64,000 nucleotides of DNA from contig CBDCNQ010000002.1 of assembly GCA_965219445.1 (NCBI GenBank), positions 704,001 to 768,000 on the forward strand, given 5' to 3'. The stretch is from Longimicrobiales bacterium. GTDB lineage: Bacteria; Gemmatimonadota; Gemmatimonadetes; Longimicrobiales; Gaopeijiaceae. The notes under the pieces were generated by a model, which was given only the letters and a program-made list of their open reading frames with translations, searched no databases and was not told the DNA's origin. Shown in pieces: positions 7,791 through 17,865 of the stretch (the first letter of the stretch is position 1; every line of letters starts with the position of its first letter). The position numbers were made by a program, and so were the translations under genes.

Positions 7791-9054
7791 GCTGCGGCGC
7801 CTCGCGAAGCACTTCGGCCGTGCCCCCACCATCGGGGACGCCATTGATGTTGGTCACACCCTGGACGGCCAGCTCATAGGGTTGATCCGTCGCTAGGGTG
7901 TCCGCCAGCAGAAGGTAAAGGACCTGCTTTGGGAGATCGCGGGCCTGCAGGGCGCTTTCGCCGGGCCGGGCCGGGGGCCGGGGGGGCCTCAACTCCGACT
8001 CGATCTCGTTCGCGGCGGCGGAGTCGCCCGCACTGCGGAGTGACTCGATCCGTTGCTGCTGCTCTTCAAATTGAATCGAGTCGGAGACGTGCAGAGAATC
8101 CTGAATCGCATCCCGTCGGTCCATATAGTCGCGCTCGTGCATGATCGTAACCACGTCGGCCGGGCCCACTGACTCGGGTCCCAACGATGCCGATACTCCG
8201 GTGAGCGCCGAGGCGGGGTCGAGAAAGTCATCGAATTCGACGCCCAGCGTCAAAGAGTCGACAACGTCGACGCTCGCGACCATGGCGGGCGTCGTGTCCG
8301 GAGCGAGCAGCGCGAAATTCGAGAACACGGTGTCGGCCAGATTCAACACCTCCAGACCCGTCCCGATCGGCTCGAGGCCACTCGGCTCCCCGTTGCGATC
8401 CTGGTCCACGAACGCGGTGATCTCATATCGGCCGGACGGAACATACCGGAGAGCGTAAACGCCCCCCTCGTCGGTGAGGGCGACGTAGGTCGGGACCATT
8501 TGGTCGTCAGACTCCTCCACCCCCGGAGGACGCTCCGCACGAGCCATCACTCGCGCACCCTCGATCGGCTGGTCGGTGATCCGGTCGACGATGGCGCCCG
8601 CGAGCACCGTGGGCGTCATCTGAGCGCCGGTCGAGAAGACAAACTCGAATGCGTCGGCCAGGCTGTTTCCAAAGAGGTCCTGAACCACTGGCTGCACCGT
8701 CACGCGGTAGACTTCGTCGGGCGGGAACCCTCCCGCCATCGTAACACGCAAGGCCCGACTGGAATGGCGCACTCTGATCTCACCCGACTCCGGAGAGATG
8801 ATCACCGCGCCATCCAGTGTGCCCCGCGCCCCGTTCTCGCTGATCCGTTCGTCGAAGACGATCCGGATCTCGTCGTCGAAGGCCGGGAGCACGGCAAAGG
8901 TGTCCGGAAACGTCTCCACCACTTGTGGCCCCGTCCGGTCCTGGAGGCCACCGGGAGGAGGACCCTGATTGGCGCACGAACAAATTGCAAAAAGCCCGAT
9001 CGTCCACCCCAGAGCCCGGGCCCCGCTGTGCCTCTTCAACGGCCTTCCCGTCAT
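7783..9054 (-). CDS. Lipoprotein with Ig-like (Big_5) and carboxypeptidase-regulatory-like domains
   Basis: Lipobox-like CSCANQGPPPGG..DRTGP, IVFDERI, YRVTV..VQDLFGN..FVFSTG. Start uncertain. Confidence 0.75.
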   Translation of the reverse strand: MTGRPLKRHSGARALGWTIGLFAICSCANQGPPPGGLQDRTGPQVVETFPDTFAVLPAFDDEIRIVFDERISENGARGTLDGAVIISPESGEIRVRHSSRALRVTMAGGFPPDEVYRVTVQPVVQDLFGNSLADAFEFVFSTGAQMTPTVLAGAIVDRITDQPIEGARVMARAERPPGVEESDDQMVPTYVALTDEGGVYALRYVPSGRYEITAFVDQDRNGEPSGLEPIGTGLEVLNLADTVFSNFALLAPDTTPAMVASVDVVDSLTLGVEFDDFLDPASALTGVSASLGPESVGPADVVTIMHERDYMDRRDAIQDSLHVSDSIQFEEQQQRIESLRSAGDSAAANEIESELRPPRPPARPGESALQARDLPKQVLYLLLADTLATDQPYELAVQGVTNINGVPDGGGTAEVLREAPQRE

Positions 9055-9076
9055 GGCCCGAATGATCTTCCCCTGC

Positions 9077-11881
9077 TCAATCGGCAGCGAGGGAGGAGAG
9101 CTTCCCTCGTAACTTGCCCAGCTGCTCCTCGAAGCTGCGCTGCTTCTCGCGCTCGCGGTCCACGATGTCCGGAGGCGCACCCCTCAAGAATCCGTCATTC
9201 GACAACTTGGTACGAGCGCCCTCGACCTGCGCATCGAGGCGTTCGATTTCTTCCTGTAGCCGCTCGCGTTCCCGCGCGACGTCGATCACGCCCTCCAGCG
9301 GAATGAACACCTCCACACCGTTCTTCAGAACCGCGTGCGCGCCCACCGCGTGTCCATTCCCCTCCCCGTTGAGCTCACACGTGTCGACCCTGGCCAGCCG
9401 TTGAAGCGTGGTCCCCTGCTCCTCGACCACCGCCCTGAACGGACCCTCGACGGCACTCAGCCTGAGCGTGACGCCACTCCCCTCGGGCACGGAGTACTCC
9501 TTGCGGAGACTGCGCACCTGCGTCACCAGCTCTTGAAGCTCGCTCAGGCGTCGCTCGGAGTCCTCATCGACCAGAGCGGGGTCCAGCTCCGGCCAGGGTG
9601 CCACGATCAAGGCCTCCGGCCGGTCCGCTCCGGCGGGCCAAGGCAGCCGCTCCCACAGGGCCGAGGTGACGAAGGGAGTGAGGGGGTGCAGCAACCGGAG
9701 GACGCCGTCGAGCACGGCCACGAGTGTGGCCCGCGCCGCCTGGAGGCTGTCGTCACCGGATTTCCCCAGCATTCTGGGCTTGATCAACTCCAAATACCAA
9801 TCGGCGAAATCTCCCCAAACGAAGTGATAGAGCCGGTCCGACACGTCGTGAAGGCGGAAGCGCTCGAGTCCCTCGCTCACCTCCTCCGTCGTCCGTTGCA
9901 GACGCGACAGAATCCAACGGTCCTCGAGCTCCAGTGAGTCGCTCACGTCGGCCACGGTGGGGACCGGATCGTCGCCGAGCGTCATCAGCGCGAAGCGGCC
10001 GGCGTTCCAAAGCTTGTTGGCGAAGTTGCGGCCCGGCGAGAAAGACGCCTCCAGATCCTCGTGATCGAGTTGGATGTCCGTCCCGACGCCCGCCGCCGAA
10101 AGGAGCGTAAAGCGGAGTGCATCCGCACCGTAAAGGTCGACGACCTCGAGGGGATCGACACCGTTGCCGAGGGACTTGGACATCTTCCGCCCCAGCTTGT
10201 CGCGGACCGTTCCGTGCAGATAGACCTGGGTGAACGGCGCCTCTCCCATGAACTCGTAACCGGCCATGATCATACGGGCCACCCAGAAGAACAGGATCTC
10301 GGGTGCGGTGACCATGTCGTGTGTCGGGTAGAAGGTCTCGAGGTCGTCGGTTTCCTCCGGCCACCCGAACACGGAGAACGGCCACAGCCACGAGGAGAAC
10401 CACGTGTCGAGCACGTCGGGATCCTGCTCGAGGCTCTCGCCGCCGCACGATGTGCAACGGTCGGGATCATCCCGGGCTACGATCGCGGCCCCGCATGACT
10501 CGCAGTACCACACCGGAATGCGGTGGCCCCACCAGAGCTGCCGAGAGATACACCAGTCACGAATGTTCTCCATCCAGGTCTCGTAGACCTTCTTCCAATG
10601 CGACGGCGTGAAGGAGATGGTCCCGTCCCTCGACGCCTCGAGCGCAGGCTCGGCGAGGGGCTTCATGCGCACGAACCACTGGAGACTCAAGCGCGGCTCC
10701 ACGACGGTGTGGCACCGATAACAATGCGGCATCGAGTGAGTGTGGACCTCCTCCCCGCCGTAGAGGCCGAGAGCTTCGAGTTCGGCGACGACTCTCTCGC
10801 GTGCCTCGAAGCGATCGAGCCCCCGGAAGGCCTCCGGCGCTTCCTCACTCATCGTTGCTTCGTCCGTCATCACGTCGAGTATCGGCAGGCCGTTCCTCTG
10901 AGCCATCTCGAAGTCGTTCGGATCATGCGCGGGCGTGACCTTTACCATCCCTGAGGCGAACCCTGGATCCACGAACTCATCCGAGATGATCGGGATGGAC
11001 CGGCCCGTCAGGGGGAGCTCGACATCCGCGCCGATCAGAGCGGTGTAGCGCTCGTCCTTCGGGCTCACCGCCACACCGGTGTCCCCCAGCATGGTCTCGG
11101 GCCGAGTCGTCGACACGGTGAGGTACCACCGTCCGTCTGGAAGTTGGCCGATGGCGGACTCCCCATCGGACGCCTTTGCCGCCGCCCGGGCCGCTTCCCC
11201 AGCTTGCGCGGCACTGTCCTCCCCCGCTGAAGCCACTGGGTACCGAAGGTGGTAGAGCCTGCCCTCGGTCTCCTCGGCCTCGGCCTCTTCGTTCGAGAGC
11301 GCCGTCAGGCAGCGCGGACACCAGTTGATGATGTACTCGCCCCTGTAGATGAGATCCTTTTCGTACAGGCGCACGAACACCTCGCGGACGGCCCGGCTGA
11401 GCCCCTCGTCCAGGGTGAAGCGTGTACGGTCGAAGTCGCAGCTCGACCCGATCGTCTTGAGCTGCTCCAGGATCTGGCCCCCCGTCCCGTTGACGTGCTC
11501 CCAAACCCGTTCGACGAAGGCTTCCCTGCCTATGTCGTGCCGTGTGGTTCCCTCGTCCACCAACGTCCTTTCAACGACGTTCTGCGTCGCGATCCCGGCG
11601 TGGTCGGTCCCGGGTACCCAGAGTGAGGCGCGGCCCTGCATTCGGCGCCATCGCACCATCACGTCTTGGATCGTGTTGTTGAGACCGTGACCCATGTGAA
11701 GTACGGCTGTCACGTTGGGGGGAGGGATCACGATGACGTACGGCTCGCGGCCGTCGGACTTCACCCACCGCGGCTCGATGTGGAAGTACCCAGCCTCAGT
11801 CCAGGAACGGTAGAGGGGCTCTTCGATGGTCTTGGGGTCCAAGCGCGGTGGCAACGCGTCGGCCACGGTCGCTCCTGTCAT
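9077..11881 (-). CDS. valS: Valine--tRNA ligase
   Basis: PPPNVT..LHMGH, GTDHAGIATQ, DWCISRQLWWGH, KMSKS, C-terminal coiled coil. Confidence 0.97.
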   Translation of the reverse strand: MTGATVADALPPRLDPKTIEEPLYRSWTEAGYFHIEPRWVKSDGREPYVIVIPPPNVTAVLHMGHGLNNTIQDVMVRWRRMQGRASLWVPGTDHAGIATQNVVERTLVDEGTTRHDIGREAFVERVWEHVNGTGGQILEQLKTIGSSCDFDRTRFTLDEGLSRAVREVFVRLYEKDLIYRGEYIINWCPRCLTALSNEEAEAEETEGRLYHLRYPVASAGEDSAAQAGEAARAAAKASDGESAIGQLPDGRWYLTVSTTRPETMLGDTGVAVSPKDERYTALIGADVELPLTGRSIPIISDEFVDPGFASGMVKVTPAHDPNDFEMAQRNGLPILDVMTDEATMSEEAPEAFRGLDRFEARERVVAELEALGLYGGEEVHTHSMPHCYRCHTVVEPRLSLQWFVRMKPLAEPALEASRDGTISFTPSHWKKVYETWMENIRDWCISRQLWWGHRIPVWYCESCGAAIVARDDPDRCTSCGGESLEQDPDVLDTWFSSWLWPFSVFGWPEETDDLETFYPTHDMVTAPEILFFWVARMIMAGYEFMGEAPFTQVYLHGTVRDKLGRKMSKSLGNGVDPLEVVDLYGADALRFTLLSAAGVGTDIQLDHEDLEASFSPGRNFANKLWNAGRFALMTLGDDPVPTVADVSDSLELEDRWILSRLQRTTEEVSEGLERFRLHDVSDRLYHFVWGDFADWYLELIKPRMLGKSGDDSLQAARATLVAVLDGVLRLLHPLTPFVTSALWERLPWPAGADRPEALIVAPWPELDPALVDEDSERRLSELQELVTQVRSLRKEYSVPEGSGVTLRLSAVEGPFRAVVEEQGTTLQRLARVDTCELNGEGNGHAVGAHAVLKNGVEVFIPLEGVIDVARERERLQEEIERLDAQVEGARTKLSNDGFLRGAPPDIVDREREKQRSFEEQLGKLRGKLSSLAAD

Positions 11882-11892
11882 CTTGGGGAATC

Positions 11893-12774
11893 CTATCTGC
11901 CGGAAGTACCGGTCGTGTCGGACGCTTCAGAAGCTTCGGACGCTTCGGACGCTTCGGACTCTTGTGGCACTTCGGACGCTGGGCTGGTCCGGTCCCGATC
12001 GCGATCTCGCCGGCTGCGAATGGCTTCTGCGCGTTCCCTCCAACTCGATCTCAGGGCCTGGCCGTTGGCGCCGGTGAGGATGTCCTGATCCTCCCAGACG
12101 CGACGCCCCGCCTGTTCACGTTGCCAGGAGTTCCCGCGGAAGTAGAACGGCAACGGAAGCGTGATGTTGCCCAGGTGGAGCTGCCCTGGTGAGACGCCCC
12201 ACCTCCTCCCCTGGTCGTCAGTGGTAGTCCAGTCCGTGAGCGCATACTCCGCGGCGACGACCGCGGCTACCGAGTCCGCCCACTCCTCGAGTCGCCCGGC
12301 CAGCTCGAGCTCCATCCTCTCGGCTTCGGTGAGCTCGAAGAGTTCGGGCATCGCCTCACGCCAGAGGCGGGCGTCAGAGCTGCGCACCCTCAAGATGTCG
12401 GCGGCACGGCGCCTTCTCGGGGGCTCGTCGAGATCGACATCGGCGGCAACGGGCGGGCCGGCATCGGAAGCCTGTGGGGCTTCGGCGGTCGGCTCGGGAA
12501 GCGCGTCGGGGGGTTCGGCGGTCAAGTCGGGGGGCTCGATCTCCACCACCCGTACGACTCGCATGTCACTCGTAAACCGAGAAACCGACTCCACGGCCAG
12601 GACCGTCTCCGTAGGACCCCATTGGGTGACGACCACGGAATAGAGTAGGACGAACACGACGTGGAGAGCAGCCGACGCACCGATCCCTACGGCGAGGGCG
12701 CGCCTGTGCGCCCTGCCATGATCTCCTGGCACGTACCGCCCCGGCGAGCGGTCGGATTTCATCGGCGCTGTCAT
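11893..12774 (-). CDS. Hypothetical single-pass membrane protein (TM helix plus Pro/acidic linker, TonB-like N-terminal architecture)
   Basis: Hydrophobic helix with SAALH, Pro/Glu-rich spacer; fills the gap between the aminotransferase and valS. Confidence 0.65.
   Translation of the reverse strand: MTAPMKSDRSPGRYVPGDHGRAHRRALAVGIGASAALHVVFVLLYSVVVTQWGPTETVLAVESVSRFTSDMRVVRVVEIEPPDLTAEPPDALPEPTAEAPQASDAGPPVAADVDLDEPPRRRRAADILRVRSSDARLWREAMPELFELTEAERMELELAGRLEEWADSVAAVVAAEYALTDWTTTDDQGRRWGVSPGQLHLGNITLPLPFYFRGNSWQREQAGRRVWEDQDILTGANGQALRSSWRERAEAIRSRRDRDRDRTSPASEVPQESEASEASEASEASDTTGTSGR
11918..11962. repeat. 9-bp tandem repeat (TCGGACGCT consensus) x5 encoding a Ser-Glu-Ala tail
   Basis: Units read directly at 11918, 11927, 11936, 11945 and 11954. 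Confidence 0.85.
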
Positions 12775-12807
12775 TTGCGTACTAACCCCCCTTAACTGGG
12801 CGGTTCC

Positions 12808-13977
12808 TCACCCCACCACCAGCCTTCCCAACCGTGCAGCTGCCTCCTTCATCCGCGTCTCGTCCACGGTGAGGGCGATCCTGAAAAAGCCCTCCCCACC
12901 CGCGCCGAGCGCGGCGCCCGGAAGTACGACGACCCCCTCTTCCTCCAGCGCCCGCCCTGCGAAGGCCCGCGAGGAACCACCCTCGGGCACCGGAACCCAC
13001 ACGTACATCGTGGCCTTCGGTTGGGTGACGGTGAATCCGGCTCGGCCCAATCCCTCGACCGCCACGTCACGGCGGGCCTGAAAGCGGGCCACGTTTCCCG
13101 GCACCCATTGCTCGTACGTCGCCAGCGCAGCGGTCCCCGCGGCCTGGACCGCCATGAAGGCCCCCGTGTCCATGAACGTCTTTACCCTAGTTAGGCTCTC
13201 GATCAGGTCCGCGTTCCCCGCAACCCACCCCAGCCGCCAGCCGGTCATGTTGTAGGTCTTGGAGAAAGAGTGAAACTCGAGCGCGACCCCGGACGCCCCC
13301 TCGACCTCCAAGATGCTCGGCGGACGGTAGCCGTCAAATGCGATCTCGCTGTAGGCGTGATCGTAGACCAACACCGCACCCTGCTCCCGGCAAAAATCCA
13401 CCACGTCGCCGAGGTATTCGAGTGGAGCCGTCGCCGTAGTCGGATTGTTCGGATAGTTGAGGTACATCAGTCGAAGCCGGGACCGCACATCGTTCGGGAT
13501 CTCGCTGAGTGGGATCAGGTAGTCGTTCTCCGAGCGCAACGGCACAAGATGAGGCTGCCCCCCGGCCAGGATGACGCCGCCCTGGTAGGCCTGGTATCCG
13601 GGATCGGGAATCACGGCGGCATCGCCGGGATCGAGGAAGGCCAGCGGTAGCTTGGCGATACCCTCCTTGGAGCCCATGAGCGGAAGGATTTCGGCGTAGG
13701 GGTCGAGGCCCACACCGAAGCGCTTGCTCATCCATGTTGCCACGGCTTCTCTGAAGTCCGACAAACCCGCCTGAAAAGCGTACCGGGACATGCTTCGTTC
13801 CGACGCAGCCTCACCCAACCTGCGGACGGCCTCGGGGGGTGGGTCCAGGTCGGCATCCCCGACTCCGAGATCGATGACGTCGACGCCGGCAGCCTCCAGC
13901 CGCTTCCTGGCCTCTGCAGTCCCGGTCAGCGGGTACCCGGGTAGGTTCTGAAACCGCCGGCTCCGCTCAGGAGCCAA
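12808..13977 (-). CDS. Class I/II PLP aminotransferase, LL-diaminopimelate aminotransferase-like
   Basis: DLGVGDAD, GSKEG, LNYPNNPT, DHAYSEI, SFSKTYNMTGWRLG. Start set to TTG13977 after a purine-rich SD. Confidence 0.85.
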   Translation of the reverse strand: MAPERSRRFQNLPGYPLTGTAEARKRLEAAGVDVIDLGVGDADLDPPPEAVRRLGEAASERSMSRYAFQAGLSDFREAVATWMSKRFGVGLDPYAEILPLMGSKEGIAKLPLAFLDPGDAAVIPDPGYQAYQGGVILAGGQPHLVPLRSENDYLIPLSEIPNDVRSRLRLMYLNYPNNPTTATAPLEYLGDVVDFCREQGAVLVYDHAYSEIAFDGYRPPSILEVEGASGVALEFHSFSKTYNMTGWRLGWVAGNADLIESLTRVKTFMDTGAFMAVQAAGTAALATYEQWVPGNVARFQARRDVAVEGLGRAGFTVTQPKATMYVWVPVPEGGSSRAFAGRALEEEGVVVLPGAALGAGGEGFFRIALTVDETRMKEAAARLGRLVVG

Positions 13978-14599
13978 CGTCCCCTTCTCCCTCGACCTGA
14001 TTTCGGAGGATATCGAGCCCCTCCAGCTCGACCTCCACATCATCCCCAGGCGAGAGCGAGCCCACGCCCTCGGGCGTGCCCGGCGACACGATGTCACCGG
14101 GCTCCAGCGTCATGATCCGTGTGATGTACGTGATAAGATCCGGTATCGAAAATACCATCTCGGATGCCTGAGCCCGCTGACGCTCCCCCCCATTCACCCG
14201 AGTGACCAGCGTGACCTCGGGAAAATCGTCGGGGGATACCGTAGACACCGTACCGGTCGGGCAAAACGTGTCGAATCCCTTGGCCCTCGACCACTGGTCG
14301 TCCGCAGCCTGGAGATCGCGCGCGGTCACGTCGTTCAACGGGAGGACCCCCTCGATCACGCTCCAGGCCTCAGCCTCCGAAACGTGTCGGGCCCTCGTGC
14401 GGATCCGTACGGCGATCTCCCCCTCGTAGTCGACCCGGCCGACGTCCCTCGGAATCACGATCACGTCACCCGACGCGATGATGCTCGACGGCGGTTTCAG
14501 GAAGATCAACGGCTCGGAGGGGACGGTACCACCAAGCTCGGCAGCGTGTGCACGGAAATTCTTGCCCACACACACGATTTTTGTGGGAGGAGGAGTCAT
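13967..14599 (-). CDS. Fumarylacetoacetate hydrolase family protein
   Basis: KIVCVGKNF, FLKPPSS, DYEGE, NDVTARDLQ, AKGFDTFCP, GTPEGV. Confidence 0.92.
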   Translation of the reverse strand: MTPPPTKIVCVGKNFRAHAAELGGTVPSEPLIFLKPPSSIIASGDVIVIPRDVGRVDYEGEIAVRIRTRARHVSEAEAWSVIEGVLPLNDVTARDLQAADDQWSRAKGFDTFCPTGTVSTVSPDDFPEVTLVTRVNGGERQRAQASEMVFSIPDLITYITRIMTLEPGDIVSPGTPEGVGSLSPGDDVEVELEGLDILRNQVEGEGDVGS

Positions 14600-14618
14600 G
14601 CCACCCGGGCCCCCACCA

Positions 14619-14819
14619 TCACTCCTCGACCGGCCGGGTATGCAACCATGTGCCGATCACTGCCCCCAGACCCCCTATGGTGAGAAACGTGGCGATTACA
14701 GCCCACCAGAAGCCGATATCGGAATGACCCGCAGACCAACCGGCCACAGAATCACCCCACGCGAAGCCCGCCAGGACAAGAATCCCGACGCCCACCGTGA
14801 TGCCCAAAACGCGAGTCAT
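14619..14819 (-). CDS. Small two-TM membrane protein
   Basis: 66 aa with two hydrophobic helices; co-oriented and non-overlapping with its neighbours. Confidence 0.65.
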   Translation of the reverse strand: MTRVLGITVGVGILVLAGFAWGDSVAGWSAGHSDIGFWWAVIATFLTIGGLGAVIGTWLHTRPVEE

Positions 14820-14943
14820 ACGTCATCCGCCATGAAGGTACACAAGACCGGGGAAAACCCAGGCGACGGGCGGAATCTATGGTCGCAGGACTGGACCACA
14901 AGACCAGAACACCGCCATGTACCAGCGTCCCTGCGGGCTGCCC

Positions 14944-17517
14944 TCACTCCGGAAAATCGCCAGCCTCCACACCCTCGGCATAAAACTCCCTCAGGAACCG
15001 GACCACGTCGGTCCATGGCCCCTTCTTCACGGGAGCGGGGGGCAACGACTCCCGGAGATACGCCCCGTAGCTCTTACGGACGATGCGATCGTCGAGAAGG
15101 AGGATCGCGCCGCGATCCTCCTTCGATCGGACCAGCCGACCGAAGCCCTGCTTGAGCCTCAACGCCGCGAGGGGAAGCACCAGCTCACCGAACGAGCTCC
15201 CCCCCCGGCGCTCGATCGCCTCGATCCTTGCAGCCGTGATGGGCTCGGTCGGGACTTTGAACGGAAGTCGTTGGATGATGAGTCCCCTCAGAGCTCGCCC
15301 GGGTACGTCGACGCCCTCCCAGAAGGACGCCGTACCGAGCAAGATCCCCGACCCCGACTCGACGAATCGGTCCAGGAGGCGGTTTCGGGTGTCCTCACCC
15401 TGGACGAAGAGCGGCCATCGCACCGCCCCATCCTCACGCAGCAGCTCCGCGACCCGGCGGAGCGCGCGGTGGGACGTGAACAGAACGAAGGTCCCCCCAC
15501 CGGAGATCGTGCAAGTCTCTCTGATCACTTCGGCCGTCGCCTCTTCGAACACCCCCCCGGGCTCATTGGCATCGGGCAGGTCCGTGGGTACGACCAATAA
15601 CGTCTGTTCCTTGAAATCGAAGGGCGAGTGTATGATAGACTCAGTTACATCTAGTTTTACATCAGATTCCAATAGATCGTCTTCCTTCAATCCGATCCTG
15701 CTCCGAAGGAAGGCGAACGACTCCCTCGTCGCCAAGGTTGCGGAACATAGGGCCGCGGTTTCGACCCTCTCGAAGAGGTGCTCTCGGAGCAGGTCACCCA
15801 CCTCGATGGGCGCGGAGGCAATCACGAGATTCCGGTTCTTCCCCCGCGCCTTGCCCCGCCACTGGAGCCAGCGCACAAAGCGTTCTTCTCCCGGTTCTGC
15901 ATCGAGAACGGTACGCAGTGTGTGTGCGGAGTCCGTCAGGCGGTGTTCGCCGCTTCGTAGATCCAAGAGGCGTCCCGGAAATCCCTCTGCCAAGGTATCG
16001 TGGTCCTCCAGGCGCTCCCGCACATCGCGCAGCTCCCGTCCCAGTGCTCGAAAGGCTGACGTCAGCCCATCGAGGCGTTCCCGTACCCCGGGGTGGGACC
16101 CGGGCTCGGGCAGCTCGGCGGTGCCGATCCGCATGGCGCCCACCGCATCGAGCGGTAGAAGGGGCTCCAGCGCGTTGAGGAACAGCGTGAGCTGGGCCCT
16201 GGCCTCCTCGAGAGCCGGCCGTACCCGCTCTTCGATACGCGATCTCAGCTCCATGGCGGGCTCTCGCTCTGTCCTACCGGCCAGGGCCTCCTGCACCGCC
16301 GTGAGCACACCCCGTCCGCGTCGATCCAGGCGGGACAGCATCCGGAACATTCCCCGGCGCGTCACCTCCAGTCCCAGGTGGGAAGTGGCCGCGTCCTCGA
16401 TGTTGTGCGCCTCGTCGAGAACCAGATGCCGATAGGCGGGGAGCACGGCGGAGGCCTTGTAGTTCTGTGTCGCGATTCGTACCGAGAGATCGGTGAAAAG
16501 AAGGTGGTGGTTGGTGATCAGCAGGGTGGCCGACGCAGCCCTGCGCCGAGAGCGTTGATAGAAGCACGCTTGAAAATGAGGACAGCGCGTGCGAAGGCAG
16601 ATGTCGACGTCACTCTTCACCTCGTCCCAAACGTCCTCGTTAGGCACGAACGTGAGGTCCGCACGAGATCCGTCCTCCGTCCGGCCAATCCAGTCGAGCA
16701 GCCCATCCAACTCATCGGCCCGATCGTCCGGAAAAAGAAGAGGGGCGGACTCCGCCGCCAACATGGCCCTCCGAATGGAGATGTAGTTCCCCCTACCCTT
16801 CACGAGCTCCCAGTCGACGTCGTCCCCGACGAGCTTACGCACCAGAGGCAGGTCCTTGCCGTCCAATTGCTCCTGGAGGTTGATCGTGTTGGTCGAGATC
16901 ACGGTCCGCTCCGCGTTCTGTAGAGCCCACTCCGCGGAGGGGATGAGGTAGGCCAATGATTTGCCGGTGCCCGTGCCCGCCTCGACCAGCGTGACGCCAC
17001 CTCGGTTGTAAGTCTCTGCGACCTGACGGAGCATCGCGCGCTGCCCTGGCCGGTCCTCGTAGGCGGGATGCTCGCGGACGAGTGGGCCCACCGGGCCGAT
17101 CACGGCCTCGAGTCGATCGACCTCGAGCGGCTCGACGACTCTCGGTTTTGGGGGCTCGACGACCACAAAAAGCCCTTCGGCGTCGTTGTTGGTGATTGCA
17201 GTCCCGATGCCCGCCTCGTACAAGCGGGCGGCAACGCTCAAATCGGCGTCGGAGGGCTCCAGTTCACCGGAGGGGTGGTTATGGATCATGACCGAACCCT
17301 CCTCCGCATCGCGGGCTGCGGCCAGCACCGCCGCGTTGTTTCCTCGCGAGACGGCCCTGGGCTCCACCAGCACCCGATCGGGGTCGACTCGAACGAGGAA
17401 GCACACCTCCCGACCACCGGCCTTCCCCACCTCCGCTCGAATCTGTTCGGCGGCCGAGGGTGAGAGGCGTAGGTCGGACGCCGGTGCGGGCCGGAGGTCG
17501 GACGTGGGTGAAGACAC
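14944..17517 (-). CDS. DinG/YoaA-family helicase with N-terminal JAB (RadC-like) domain
   Basis: N-terminal GREV...HNHPSG..EPS.AD; then EAGTGTGKS, DEAH, LFTS, SFWEGVDVPG, QGFGRLVRS. Confidence 0.92.
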   Translation of the reverse strand: MSSPTSDLRPAPASDLRLSPSAAEQIRAEVGKAGGREVCFLVRVDPDRVLVEPRAVSRGNNAAVLAAARDAEEGSVMIHNHPSGELEPSDADLSVAARLYEAGIGTAITNNDAEGLFVVVEPPKPRVVEPLEVDRLEAVIGPVGPLVREHPAYEDRPGQRAMLRQVAETYNRGGVTLVEAGTGTGKSLAYLIPSAEWALQNAERTVISTNTINLQEQLDGKDLPLVRKLVGDDVDWELVKGRGNYISIRRAMLAAESAPLLFPDDRADELDGLLDWIGRTEDGSRADLTFVPNEDVWDEVKSDVDICLRTRCPHFQACFYQRSRRRAASATLLITNHHLLFTDLSVRIATQNYKASAVLPAYRHLVLDEAHNIEDAATSHLGLEVTRRGMFRMLSRLDRRGRGVLTAVQEALAGRTEREPAMELRSRIEERVRPALEEARAQLTLFLNALEPLLPLDAVGAMRIGTAELPEPGSHPGVRERLDGLTSAFRALGRELRDVRERLEDHDTLAEGFPGRLLDLRSGEHRLTDSAHTLRTVLDAEPGEERFVRWLQWRGKARGKNRNLVIASAPIEVGDLLREHLFERVETAALCSATLATRESFAFLRSRIGLKEDDLLESDVKLDVTESIIHSPFDFKEQTLLVVPTDLPDANEPGGVFEEATAEVIRETCTISGGGTFVLFTSHRALRRVAELLREDGAVRWPLFVQGEDTRNRLLDRFVESGSGILLGTASFWEGVDVPGRALRGLIIQRLPFKVPTEPITAARIEAIERRGGSSFGELVLPLAALRLKQGFGRLVRSKEDRGAILLLDDRIVRKSYGAYLRESLPPAPVKKGPWTDVVRFLREFYAEGVEAGDFPE

Positions 17518-17528
17518 AACAGGCCTCA

Positions 17529-17865
17529 GAGGCCTGCTGAAGAAGTGGGGCGAGCCGCGTTAGGAGCGCCACGGGGCCAGATCCTAGGCGGAGCTCCGCA
17601 CGCATAGCCTAAGCTACGGGAAGGAGGTCCAACAACGGAGATGGCCCCGTGCCGCCCTAACCCGTAGGGCGAAGGGGGGTTGCGGGACCATACTGCGTCT
17701 CTCTTCCTCGCGGTAGCGGTGCTACCCCTCGTCATCGTTCGTTCTTCGCCTTCGGCTCAGGTGCCGCGATCAACACGGCAAGACGCCCAACATTCGGGTC
17801 GCGACGTTGTCTGATCTCCGCAAGACCCCTTCGCGCGGCCGCACCCCACTTCTTCAACAGGCCTC
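17529..17865. mobile_element. Non-autonomous MITE-like element with 22-bp terminal inverted repeats
   Basis: GAGGCCTGCTGAAGAAGTGGGG (17529-17550) matches the reverse complement of 17844-17865 at 21/22 positions. Nested internal palindromes; no transposase. Confidence 0.8.

Noticed and set aside
15083..16435. 450-aa plus-strand ORF
   Set aside because: Ser/Arg-rich antisense shadow of dinG.
17526..17735. 69-aa ORF inside the MITE as a transposase fragment
   Set aside because: No DDE or HTH features; the sequence is dominated by palindromes.
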